NCBI GenBank assembly: GCA_025558095.1
Contig: JAIVFI010000005.1
Span: 873,393 to 937,392 of the forward strand
DNA from: Hyaloraphidium curvatum SAG 235-1
Taxonomy: Eukaryota; Fungi; Monoblepharomycota
DNA length: 64,000 nt
Direction of reading: 5' to 3'
Below the pieces are notes generated by a model, which was not told the DNA's origin, made no database searches, and worked only from the letters and a program-made list of their open reading frames with translations. The position numbers and the translations under genes are program-made. This document shows, piece by piece, positions 23,672-34,581 of this stretch; position 1 is the stretch's first letter, and the number at the start of each line of letters is the position of its first letter.

Positions 23672-25347
23672 CCGACGCGCCGGCGCTCGATCTACATCGT
23701 GTACATCGTCGTTGTTTGTAGCATTCTAGCAAATCATAAACCGTCCTGAAATGTTTGCCTTGCCTGGCAGCTGAATGCATCGGCGTCCGAAGCCCAATGC
23801 GAGACGCACCAGCCTGATGAAAGGAGTCGTTGCAGTCGCTGCTCGGAGTCGCAGTCTGGCAATGCGGTGGCGTGCCGCGACGCCGAAGCCGCCACGACGC
23901 CGAAGCCGCCACGACGCAGACATGCAAAGCGAGCCTGGTGCGCGCGGTGACCAGTCCGTGACGAGGCCCCAGCGTCTCCGTCCGATAGCAAGGCGGTCCG
24001 AGCTTCCTGACGCCGATGCATCGCAACATGCGAAGGCCGAAAGGGGCCCCAGCTCGAGCTTCTTCCGATATCCATGGCAGCGGCAGTGCTGGCGAAACCT
24101 ATCCCGATCCTGTACGGAGACGTCACACGACGTCCCCGTCGGGCCGGTTCTTGCCCAGCTTCAGTTCCAGCGCCGGCGGCCACCCCGCTCGAGTACCGGC
24201 GTCTTCCGACGCCGGCGCGAGTCCGTCCCGCCGCCGGCTCTGTCACCGTGCAAGTTCCCGCTACGCCGGGTGCCGCTGCCCGTGGCGCCGGGGAACCACC
24301 GAGCGACCAGACTGTCACACGCGAGCGCCAGCAGTGGGTCGTACGAAGGTCCCCGGCTCCGCCGTACATGCCTTGCAGATGATTCCGCCCCAGGCGTGGG
24401 TGCCACGGCCGGAGAAGAGGTCCCCCGAGGCGTTGGGGACGGCGTGAGTCCCAGACGGTGGCGTCGGACGGCCAGAACGGCGAACCAGCGCCCTCTTGGC
24501 ACCGGCGCGTCCGATCCGCCGTCCGGCGTCTCCTCGGAGGGCATGTCGACGGCGGCAGCTCATCGCAGAATGCACGCCCCGGTCGAGGTGGACACATCGA
24601 TGCCGACCCGCCGCCGTCCACACGCCCTCGCAGCTGATTGCGTCCCCGGTGATCGGCGTCCCGATCCATGTCCGAAGCGGCGCGGAGCCGGTGCTGGAAG
24701 GCCTAGGAGGGCGCTTTCTGCCATGAAGGAGGAGTCGACTACGCGACACCTCTACCGTTCCGTCCTAGGTACTCCAGCTCTGCCGATCCGGTCCTTGCGA
24801 GCGTGCGCATCGGGTCGTGTCCCGCGCCGGCGGTAGGGTAGTAGAGCACGACGGGCATCTCCGGCGCCCGCCGCCGACTCGGTCCGTACACCGCCGGCAC
24901 GGCAAATCGCGTCCGATCGACGTCCAGGGGCGAACTACAGATGGGCGCAGTGAATCCGACCACTCCTGGTGCTGTCAGCACCATTCAGCGCCGGCGGGCG
25001 GCGTCGATCCGCTGCGCCCCGCGTCCTTCCATCCAGGTCCGACTGCCGTCGTGTTACCCTGCAATCCAGCCCGGGAAGGATGCGGAGCCTCGACGGCCAT
25101 CGTCCACGGCGCTCGCAGACGCCGCAAAGAATCGCCCGGCGCCGGAGGGCTCCAAGAAAATGTGCTCCCAAGGAGGTGGCGTGCGACGCCTCCTCGCCCC
25201 GTCGGTACCCCTCCAGCTCCCCATACTCCTGCACTCGTTTCCCATGTTCGAGCTTGGCGGCGGGCTGGCTTAAACGGCTAGCCCCGGCGGCAGCCAGCCG
25301 TCGCCGGCGGAGGTCCGGTCGCGCCCACCGCCTGCGCCTCCTCGTCC

Positions 25348-25398
25348 GGTCCGACAGTCAACTCGACCAACATTGGTCCGACAGTCAACTCGACCAAC
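25348..25398. repeat. Tandem duplication, 27-bp period (24-bp core x2)
   Basis: ggtccgacagtcaactcgaccaac at 25348-25371 and 25375-25398. Confidence 0.85.
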
Positions 25399-25702
25399 GG
25401 GCGCCGGAAGATCATGAAGGGACGGCAGACATCCCCAGACGTCTCCACTCCCGCCCGAGGCCCCCGGCGCCCGTCCACCACCAGTGCCCGTCGCGGAGGC
25501 CGGCCGACGGCGGGACCGCAGTCACGTTGCGCCCGCCCATCTGGGGGCGGGCTTGGCGCGGCGGGCCGAGGAGGAGTAAGGTGTGTTTGGGTGATGACGC
25601 GGCGGTCCGCGAAGCCCCGCCCTGCTCCCATCATTCGCAAACACCGAACAGCCCGCCGGGAAACGCTCCGGGACGTCTGATCCGGGAAAATGATCTCCGC
25701 GC

Positions 25703-26935
25703 TCAGGATGCGGTTCCATTTGCCCCCGTCGCCCCTGCTCGTCCCGTCTCGCTTTCCACCCCGTCGGCTTCCGCCCCGAACGCTAGCTTCCCCCCCTCCT
25801 CCGCCCAGATTCCCTCCGCCTCCCTCACCGCCTCCTCCAACGCCTTGCCGCGGTCCATGATGAACGCGTGGTAGTGCGCCTTCAACCTCCTCGAGCTCGG
25901 CTCGACGGGCACGCCTAGCTCTTCCGCGAACCGCGTCTGCGCGGCCCGCGCGAACCCCGCGGCGCGCTCGGCGTCCGTCCCCTCCCCCTCTCCCGGGGGT
26001 TCCATCGGTTCCAGCCAAACGACGCGGCAGCCAACGCTCCACTGCGTCGCGAGGCGGAACCACCACTCCCCCGGGCTCTTGGTCTCCCAGGACGGCGAGT
26101 AGCGCTTCCACGGGTAGCGCAGGAGGACGGGCTGCACGGGGCAGAGGGGAAGGAAAGCACCGCGGCGGAAGGGGAGGATTGCGGTACCGTCTGTCGGGGA
26201 ATTGGGTCAGAAAAACGGAAAGCAAGGACGGGGAGGGGAAAGTACTGGTGGTGGTGCCCTCGGGGAACGTGACAAGGGGCGGGCCGGTCCCGTGGGCGCG
26301 GGAGGAGATGACGGGGAGGGCGTCGGGGGAGGACGGGCCGACAGGGATGCAGCGCTGTCCGGGCCGACGCGTGGTGAGGACGCGCAAGAGAGGGCGAACG
26401 GGAGCCAGCGGGAACCCACCATGGCCCTCGCAACGGTGCCGATTAGGGGTACCTTTGCGATGCCCTCCCTCGCGACAAACGAGGGCAGAGCGTCGCACGC
26501 GTACATGAGCACGAGGACGTCCAGGATGGAGGTGTGGTTCGCCACCACGATCCCCGGCCGCCCCGTCCTCCCGGGCGGACGCCGGTCGTCGATGCGGATC
26601 CACCATACGCCCATGGAGAGGAGCGCGAGGCGGGCGTGCCATGCCAGGAGGGAGAGGAGGGCGCGGCGCCATAGGGCCGGCGGTCCCGGGGCGGGGTCGT
26701 CCGAGGGGAGGCCCAGGGACGCCAGCGACGCCGTCGTCCAAGCCGAGAACACCGCGAAAAGGAGCAGCAATATCCGCGGGGGGAGGAGGATCACGCACGC
26801 CGCCGCGGCCTTCGATTTGTCCCACAGCGGCAGGGAGCGGAAGGGCGCGTCGGGGCGGACGAAGGGCGCCGAGAGGAGCGCCGAGGCGGCGGAGAGGTCG
26901 TGGATCGAGACGTGGTGCGGGGCGCCGCGGAACAT
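25703..26935 (-). CDS. Lysophospholipid acyltransferase (PlsC/LPCAT-like), spliced
   Basis: VVANHTSILD (HxxxxD), PSFVAR, FPEGTTT, FRRGAF, PVQPVLLRYP; N-terminal hydrophobic segment. Confidence 0.85.
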
Positions 26936-28033
26936 GGCGGGGAGGGGAGGGGAGGGAGGGCGGAGAGGGAGGACCTGTCGCGTTGTTTACGCGTCGGCGA
27001 CACGCCGCGTCGGGCGGCCGATGGGCAGATCGACGGAGGCGGCCGGGGTCGCTCGCTTACGGAATCAGGTCTAGAAAGTAGGAAAACGCATCTGGATGTC
27101 TCCCTTTGGCTGCCTGGACGCCGTCTCTATCAGGTTCGGACTCACCTCGCCCAATGGGACTCGCGTGGGTTGGTGACGAGGGAGACAGAGACAGACTTAC
27201 GATTCTCCAGGGCTGCTTTTGATGGCAATCGAAATGGTGGAAGTAATAAATGGTTCTGCAAAAGTAGGGCTCGGGCTCATTGATGGTTCGGCGTCGAGCT
27301 TTCCGCGAGGGCTTCCGCGGCCCGCCCAGTCATTGTCAGGACGGGGCGCGGGGGACCCGTAAAGACCTGTGTTGACGACGTTGAGGAGTCACTACACAGC
27401 ACTGCGCCTAGTCTTCCCTCGCCGGGGACCACCGTCCCCCTTGCCCCGACGCCGGCGCGTTACAGTCATCACCCTCCCCCGCGCGGTCCTCTCCGCCCGC
27501 CGACCTCCAACGGTCCTGTGGCACGACACGGCACGACAATGATCCACCAGTGCACCGCCCGACGGCGTCCGAGAGCGGGACGAGCCGGTCCCCATGAGAG
27601 CAGATTCGTTCGAAGCACGGCGCCCTCGGCAAACTGCCCCCGGGCGCGACGGCAAGCAAACGACGGACGAGGACGCGGACGGTGGCATTGCCGTTCGGCA
27701 AGACCCGCCCCCGCGAGGGCGGGTCGCCCTTCGGCCACCTGATGCCGCCGTCCGCCCATGGGCTCGAGGACGGGGCGGAGCCGGGCGGGCATGGCACCGC
27801 AGTGCCCCGGTGCTGCATGGCACTGGCGTAGGCGGGAAAACGCTCACCCGGCACCGCGGCGGCTGACCTCGTGCAAGGCATTCCCCGGGGCCTACCGGGT
27901 ATGGCGTAGGATAAACCGCCGTTGGCGAGTCATCAACGCCGCGGAAGGCTTAGACACTGGCCTGTTGAGCGTTGGGACCGTACGAGCGCGCGCGCCGGCC
28001 CGGGGAAGGATGCTTTGGATTCCACCGCGCGCC

Positions 28034-29395
28034 TCACCGCCCCTTCCCGCATTCGTTCGGCAGCCCCACCTCCCCCCCCCTCAGCATCGCCTCCGCCACT
28101 TCCACGTTCCTCCGCATCAGACACTCCCTGTTTTCCAACAGCCTCGAGAGCATCCCCCCGTACTCCCCCTCCTTCCCCACCATCGCCTTGTGCGCCGCTA
28201 GAACGGTCCCGTCCTCGGGGTTAAAGTGCGCCCGCGGATCGAGGAACGAATACAGCGCGAGCACCTCCGCGGGCACGGCGAGGGGCGTGAGAGAGACGAG
28301 CGAATTGAACAGCACCGACGAGGCGGTGTGCACCGTGTACCCGGCCCCCGTTTTGAACGCCGGGAGGAGCGCGCGGGCGAGTGGGAAGTGCTTGAAGAAC
28401 TCGCCGTATGGCACCCTCCTCCCCCCTCCCGGCAGGTCGACCAACCCGTTTTGGAGGAGCGCTGGGGGGATGGTCGCGTTGGCGTGCGGCGGGCCGAAGG
28501 AGCCCAGCAGGCGCACGGGGAGGGCCGGGGAGCCAGCCGGCGGGGGGGAGGTTTCCAGTTCGCGGAAGACGGAGGCGTAGTCCCGCCGCGTGGTGTCGAG
28601 CTGTCCACCGATCCCGAGCCCGCGGCGGGAGGTGGAGTTCCACCCCTCCGGGAACAGGGGGTACAGGCTCGAGAGGTAGTCCACCTTCCCAGGGCCGAAC
28701 GACCGCATGACGTCCGCGGTGTGAGGGGCGGTGCCAAGGACGTAGGAGGGTCTGAGCCAGGCGAGCTGCCGCGCGGCCAGGGGCTTGGAGAAGTGGTCCG
28801 CGATGTGGACCATCACGGCGATGATGGGCCGTTGCCCGCCGTCCGGGCAGGAAAGCCAATGAGCGGCCGCGGTCTCGTTGATCGGGGGATGGTACTGGTC
28901 GAACGGTGCCGTCACGATCAGAACGAATTTGTAGGAGCACGCGGCTGGCCAAAAGTCAGCGGCGGGTTTGGCCGGGAGGGGATGCCACGAGCGCATGACC
29001 TCGGAGATGCCCTGGTCCCACCCTGGGAGCGTGTAAAGGTCCACATAGGGACGCGGAGCGATCGAGGACAAGATGAACGTGTGGGCGGCGTAGACCTCGT
29101 GGTGCCACGACACGTCGTTGAAGATGGCGACGCGGGGCCGGCGAGTGGGGGCGCCATCGTAGGCCGCCGCGCCCTCAGTCCCCTCAAGGGCCTCCTTAGA
29201 ATATGACGAGCCGTGCGGAGGGCCCAGCGGGGTCCAATCGCCACCGGAGCCCACGAGCGTTCGCCAGATCCCGGCGACGAGGGCGGCGGCGAGGGCTAGG
29301 CGGAGGACGCGTCCGGCGGCGTTGTGCCACCGCCCTGCGGCGCCCTGGAGAGGCGGCGGCGGGCGTTCGCGGCCGTCGTTCGACGGCCGCCCCAT
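28034..29395 (-). CDS. Putative type II membrane glycosyltransferase (GT-B-like), intronless; alternative ATG at 29524
   Basis: Short cytosolic N-terminus, TM VLRLALAAALVAGIW, stem, then VAIFNDVSWHHEV, MVHIAD, IGGQLDTTRRDY, VRLLGS, PYGEFF...LLPAF...TASSVLFNSL...PL. Function inferred from topology and motif style. Confidence 0.55.
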   Translation of the reverse strand: MGRPSNDGRERPPPPLQGAAGRWHNAAGRVLRLALAAALVAGIWRTLVGSGGDWTPLGPPHGSSYSKEALEGTEGAAAYDGAPTRRPRVAIFNDVSWHHEVYAAHTFILSSIAPRPYVDLYTLPGWDQGISEVMRSWHPLPAKPAADFWPAACSYKFVLIVTAPFDQYHPPINETAAAHWLSCPDGGQRPIIAVMVHIADHFSKPLAARQLAWLRPSYVLGTAPHTADVMRSFGPGKVDYLSSLYPLFPEGWNSTSRRGLGIGGQLDTTRRDYASVFRELETSPPPAGSPALPVRLLGSFGPPHANATIPPALLQNGLVDLPGGGRRVPYGEFFKHFPLARALLPAFKTGAGYTVHTASSVLFNSLVSLTPLAVPAEVLALYSFLDPRAHFNPEDGTVLAAHKAMVGKEGEYGGMLSRLLENRECLMRRNVEVAEAMLRGGEVGLPNECGKGR

Positions 29396-29653
29396 GCAAT
29401 GGTACAGGATGGTTTGTGTACGGAAGGTGCGGTGGTCGCGACCCGGCTTCGGGCCGAACCGATTCAGCCACGCAGCGTCCCGTCGCCGCAGGACGATGTC
29501 TTCCCTCTCTTCTATGGCCAACATCGAAAATGGCCTGCTAATGATGTCGTCGCTTTCCCTCTCTTTTCTCTCCTCACTCGCCCCGCTTTCTGATATCTCG
29601 CCCTGGCGCCACCCGCGACGAGTCAGCCCTGTCCGCTTGCTCTACCCCGCGGC

Positions 29654-32017
29654 CTAATCTCCAAGCTTGGCACGGTTCGCCCGGTACCACTCCACCGTCT
29701 CGCGGATGCTCTCCGCCAGCGGCGCGAATCTAAAGTCGGGGCACGCGGCCTCGAACACGCTGGTATCCGCCGTCCTCCTGAGCGGCCCATCCACCGCGTC
29801 GGTGTCGAAGGCCAGCCCCCCCTTGAACCCGGCCGCATCTGCAACCATGCCCGCAATCTCCCTGATCGAGTGCTCCGGCCCCGCAACAATCAGCGGCTCC
29901 CCTCCGCGGTGATGCTCCAGCGCCCACATCAGCGCCCGCGCGAGGTCGCGCGCGTGCATGAGCTGCCGCAGGGGCCGGCCGGTGCCCATCACCTTGAGCG
30001 GCGCGTCTCCTCCCACTTCTCCCGCCGCGATGGATTTGGCGATGAGCGCATTGACCAGTGGCGCCGTGGCGGCCCCGAAATCCCCGTGCGCGCCGAAGAA
30101 GTTGCCCGGCAGCACGGTGGAGAAATCCTCCCCGTGTTCCTTGTTGTACCAACGCGTGAGCGCAGCGAGCGCGCGCTTGGCCAGCGCGTACGACTCCCCG
30201 GCGGGGTGCAGGGTGCCTTCCTCCGCCTGCGACGCGGTGACGGGGTAGGTCGCATCCTTGGGGAACATGACCGTGGAGAGCACCGACACCACCCGAACGG
30301 GTCCGCACAGGTCGCGCATGTCGTGCGCCGAGCTGAGCACGTTGTTGTTGGCGGCGACGTTGCCGAGCCAGAACTCCACGGGGCGGGCGGTCATCTCGTT
30401 GAGCGACTGCAAGCTGGCGGCGAGGTGCAGCACCTGGGTCGGCTGCACGCGGCGGAAGAGGGCTGAAGTGGCGAGGGGGTCGGTGAGATCGGCGTTTGCG
30501 CGGCGGGCAAAGAACCATTCTGTCGAGGAGGCATCGTCGGATGGGGGGCGATCGCAGCCGACAGCGCTGAGGCCGCAGCCGTTGGTGATTGGTGCACCCT
30601 GAGCCGTCCTTTGCCCGTTGGAGAGCCGAAGCACCTCGGCCTCCACCGCGCGCCCGAGCATGCCCGCCGATCCGGTAACCAGCACCACATGATGGGGCCG
30701 GAACTCAAAGCCCAACAGCGCATCCACCAGGAACGCGACGTCGGCGTCGCTGACGGGCGAATGGTGCACCCCAACAAAGAATCCGCGCGTGTGCAGCACC
30801 TCCGCTCCCGGGAAGTCCGACGGCCGCAGCCCCGGCATCGCGGCGGCTACCATCGGCTGGCGGGCAAAGTTGCCACTCACGATCGGGCGGTTTTCCACGC
30901 CTGCCGCCGTGAGGTGCGCAAGGAAGGCCCGCAGCTGGTGGGCGTACTTGCGGCGGAGTACGAGGCCGACCCCGAACCACGCGGGATCGGTGCCCTCCGC
31001 GGCCCGCATCAGCGACATCCTGTCCGCGAACCGCGCATCGGCTTTCAAAGCGGCCTCGATCCTGGAGAGGTTGTCCTTGCGGCACGCGTTGAACTCCTCC
31101 AGCTTCCCCAGCTGCACCCTGAGCATGGCCCCTTGCACCTCCAGCGGCCTCACGTTGAACCCGGCCCCCACGAACAGGAACCGCGGGTCGATGTCCGGGT
31201 GCGCTGCTTCCGTTTTCGAGCGATCAGCGTCGTGCCGCGTCCAGCCGTGCGCTCGAAGGCGGCGGAGGCGGTCCGCATCGGCGGGGGTGCGGCAGACGAC
31301 CATGCCGCCCTCGCCCGAGGTGATGTGGTGCGAGAAGTAGAAGGAGAAGGCGCCGAACTCGCCAAAGGTGCCGAGCATCCGAGGGGGAGACTTGCCGATC
31401 GTGGAGCGGGAGCCGAGAGCCTCGCAGGCGTCCTCGATCAGAAGCAGGTTGCGGGCGCGGGCGAGGTCCAGCATGAGGGCCATCTCGGCCGAGTTGCCGA
31501 GCACGTGCACGGCCATCAGCCCCCGCACCCCTGGGTTCGCTTCGCACGCGGCCGCCAGCGCCGGCAGCGATATGTTGAACGTCCCCGGATCGACGTCGAC
31601 AAACACCGGCTTGAGCCCCAGCTGCAGCATTGGAGCCACCGATGTCGACCAGCACACCGCCGGCACGAGCACCGCGTCGCCCCTCTCCAACTTTTGCTCC
31701 CTCGAGGGGTCCATCAGCGCGCACAGCATCAGCAAGTTCGCCGAGGAACCCGAGTTGACCATGACCGCGTGCGGGGCGCCGACGGCCGCGGCGAACTCGC
31801 GCTCCGCGGCCTCGACGTTGACGCCCATGGTCAGCCGGCCGCTGAGCAGCACTTCGGTCATGGCGAGCAGCTCCTCTGCGCCGAAGGCGTTGGCGGCGAG
31901 TGGGAAGCGGGGTGCGGAGGAGGTGGCGGAGGTGCGCTCGGCGCCGCAACGGGAGGCCCACTCCGCGGCGACGGCCGCACGCCAGGGCGCCGCGTCGTCT
32001 GCCGGTACGTCGGGCAT
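29654..32017 (-). CDS. colD: Fusion of ColD-type GDP-4-keto-6-deoxymannose 3-dehydratase (PLP) and an FX/GDP-fucose-synthase-like SDR reductase; 787 aa, intronless
   Basis: N-half: FPLAANAF, NSGSSANLL, VHVLGN, IEDACE, SFYFSHHITSGEGG (His at the PLP-Lys site), LRAHGWTR, GFNVRPLE, ENRPIVSGNF. C-half: VLVTGSAGMLG, ADLTD, QPTQVLHLAA, LSTVMFP, YALAKR, PGNFFG, GTGRPLRQ, PDFRF. ATG 32017 in accATG context. Confidence 0.9.
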   Translation of the reverse strand: MPDVPADDAAPWRAAVAAEWASRCGAERTSATSSAPRFPLAANAFGAEELLAMTEVLLSGRLTMGVNVEAAEREFAAAVGAPHAVMVNSGSSANLLMLCALMDPSREQKLERGDAVLVPAVCWSTSVAPMLQLGLKPVFVDVDPGTFNISLPALAAACEANPGVRGLMAVHVLGNSAEMALMLDLARARNLLLIEDACEALGSRSTIGKSPPRMLGTFGEFGAFSFYFSHHITSGEGGMVVCRTPADADRLRRLRAHGWTRHDADRSKTEAAHPDIDPRFLFVGAGFNVRPLEVQGAMLRVQLGKLEEFNACRKDNLSRIEAALKADARFADRMSLMRAAEGTDPAWFGVGLVLRRKYAHQLRAFLAHLTAAGVENRPIVSGNFARQPMVAAAMPGLRPSDFPGAEVLHTRGFFVGVHHSPVSDADVAFLVDALLGFEFRPHHVVLVTGSAGMLGRAVEAEVLRLSNGQRTAQGAPITNGCGLSAVGCDRPPSDDASSTEWFFARRANADLTDPLATSALFRRVQPTQVLHLAASLQSLNEMTARPVEFWLGNVAANNNVLSSAHDMRDLCGPVRVVSVLSTVMFPKDATYPVTASQAEEGTLHPAGESYALAKRALAALTRWYNKEHGEDFSTVLPGNFFGAHGDFGAATAPLVNALIAKSIAAGEVGGDAPLKVMGTGRPLRQLMHARDLARALMWALEHHRGGEPLIVAGPEHSIREIAGMVADAAGFKGGLAFDTDAVDGPLRRTADTSVFEAACPDFRFAPLAESIRETVEWYRANRAKLGD

Positions 32018-32668
32018 GGTCGAGAGGGCGATTAGGCGCGCGCGGAAGTCTTCGTCTTGAAATCTGCTATCCCCGTAAGCTCGGTCCGAGGGGTGGTCCA
32101 GGCCGGGGTCCACCGCGGTGCAACCGCATCCGTTCCTCCACAACCGCCCGCATGCCCCTTTGGTCCCGGACGATGCAACGCACGGAGGATGCAATGGAAG
32201 ACCGCCCGCTGGGCAGCCGTCCCGCCACGTCCATGCAATACCTATCCACGGATAGGCCGTCCATGTGATCCCTCAAGGTGGTCCCTCAACGCTGCCGAGA
32301 GCCTGGGCAATCCGGAACCGACGTCCTGTCCTACCGGCCAGCAGGTGCCACACTGCCGGGCCAATCCTGCGAAAACGCGGGGTAGGCCAATCGGATCGCC
32401 AGTATGGATCACCGAGTCGAAGTCTCCGTGTCCAGCATCTCGATGTGGGGCTTTTGGGGACGGGGCGGAGCCGGGAGTATCGGGTCGGACGAAAACCGGG
32501 ACGGCGATCCTGTTTTCGCGAGCCTTAGCCTTCGGCGTCCCCCGCGATCGGGAAGCAAGAGACAGAACGAAAGGATCAGATCGGGGACCCAACCGTGCCG
32601 TGGTGGTGCGCGAGAACACCGAGCAGCAGCAGCAGCATTACACAATCCAAAGAGTTCCAAAATCCGCC

Positions 32669-34449
32669 TCATTTGCCCCGCACCTCGGCCGCGTACTTCC
32701 TCTCCAACCCCGCCCTCAACCTCCTAGCCGCGGCCTCGAACAGCCGATCCGCGGCTTCCAGATCCTCGTTCCCCTCCTTGGTCGCCTTCCCCCCCACCGT
32801 CCCCTCGTCTCCCTCCTCCCGCGGCGGCGCCGCGCCCACCTTCTCCCGGGTCCACGCCCACCCCTTCCCCGCCAGGCCGGCCCAGTCCGCCGCGGATCCC
32901 AGCAGGTGCAGCACGAGCGCCGCCGCGCACGCCCCCCCGAAGCACACGAACAGCCCGCCGAGGAATCCCCACGTCAGCGGCTGGGTGGTGTACGATGCCG
33001 AGGCCACGGGGCGCGCGGAGCAGTCCACCGTGCGGACGGTGGCGAGCGCGGCGTTCCATGCCTGCTGGATTACGAAGGTCTCGGTCAGGCCGACGAAGAT
33101 CTCCGAGAGCACGGCGCCGAAGGCCGCCGTGCACCGGTCGTCCAAGTCCAGCCGGTAGGGCAGCTGCACCGTCAGGTCGCGGATGTTGGGCCCGACGACG
33201 GTCAGGTTGCAGAGCTGGTTCGAGGCCTGCCATCCGACGATCTGCCAGTCGTTGTACGACAGGACGGCTGCGTCGCACCGCTGCGCCTGGAGGTACTCGA
33301 GCACCTGGGCGTTGGAGTTGGCGTCCGTGACGATGGGCTGGATCTGCGGGTAGAGGTTCATGACGAGGTCGCGGGCGGAGGAGGTGGCGCGGAAGCAGAC
33401 GCGCGCGCGCTGCACGTTGGCGTCGGTGATGGAGGTGATTTGGAGGCCCTGGCGAGGCGAGCCGATCCAGCGGTACGAGGGGGGGCGTCAGTGTCCAATC
33501 AGAACCACTTTCGGGGAGGAGCCCACCCTCGAGTTCTGCAAGATCATCAAAGACGTCAGGTTGGCGACGTAGAAGGCGCAGATGCAGAAGGTGAAGAAGA
33601 GGTAGAGCAGGTACAGTGCCCTCCCGGAGCGCTTATCCGGCAGGTAGGCCTCCCCGTGCCGGAAGGTGCGGGCCGAGTTGTACAGCGCGATCTCGGCGGG
33701 CGGGTCCGCCAGGGAGTCGGACTTGGGCACCCCGCGCCGGATCTCGAACCGCGATATCAGCAGCTGCGCGATCCAGTGGCACACCACCGCCACCCCGACG
33801 GCCACCCAGAGCGACCAGTCCAGTGGGTACAGGAAGATCCAGAAGGTCGACGCCGGCGGCGCCGAGTTGGTCTGCTCGTTGACGATGAGCACCAGGGAGG
33901 CCTCGAGCAGGGCGGGGGTGAAGGACATGCCGAGCGCGCGGCGCGACGAGGTGTCGAAGACCACGCGGGCGACGGTGTCGTAGTTGCGCGTGACGTTGTT
34001 GAGCCAGACGTCGTCGGACGTGTTGGCGGTCTGGCTGGGGATGAGCACGTAGTTCCCTGCCACCCGGAAGGGGGCGATTAGTCGGCAATCAGGAACGGGC
34101 CCGATGCGGTGTTCCCACAATCGAAGGCACCCTGGACGGCGGCCTGGTTCAGCACGTCGTACAGGAAGCCGGAGCGCGGCTTGCCCTCGGGGGTCAGCGA
34201 GAGGTATGCCGGGTTGGCGGCCGTGAAGACGGCGACGGTCGGCCGCATGCCCTCGAGCGCGCGGCGGGCGGCCACCGAGCCGTTCCGCACGGCGGCGGCG
34301 CGGTCGCAGAAGTCCGTTCGCTGGCCGGCGGAGGGGGGCAGCAGCGCCAGCAGGAGGGCGGCGAGGGTGGCGAAGAAGAGGGGCGGCCGGCCCCACCGGG
34401 CGGCGCGGCCTCCGGGCGGCCCCATCGGCAGCCGCGTCGGCCGCCGCAT
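32669..34449 (-). CDS. Ionotropic glutamate receptor-like channel (S1-M1-P-M3-S2-M4), about 2 introns
   Basis: Signal peptide; SGFLYDVL; RRALGMSFT; FLYPLDWSLW (pre-M1/M1); FYVANLTSLM (SYTANLAAF-like M3); S2 DAAVLS...CNLTVVG; M4 LTWGFLGGLFV. Confidence 0.8.
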
Positions 34450-34581
34450 CGGAGGGAATTGGGGCGCCGAGTCGGCTGCGGGGACGGCTCCGAGTGAGGA
34501 ATCGGGATTGTGGCTTGGAAAGTTCCAGTGTGGCTGAGCGGAGCGTCCCCCGCCGACCGCGCACGGGCTTCGCTGGAAACG

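Noticed and set aside
23775-25281. 353-aa and other overlapping ORFs in the 23.7-25.3 kb interval
   Set aside because: Low-complexity translations in all frames with no motif or coherent exon chain; left unannotated.
25348-25398. CRISPR-like repeat
   Set aside because: Only two units with a 3-bp gap, no spacers and no cas genes; a simple tandem duplication.
29654-32017. Annotation as perosamine synthase/DegT aminotransferase, or as plain GDP-fucose/colitose synthase
   Set aside because: The PLP-Lys is replaced by His (ColD type), and both epimerase residues of the SDR domain are substituted.
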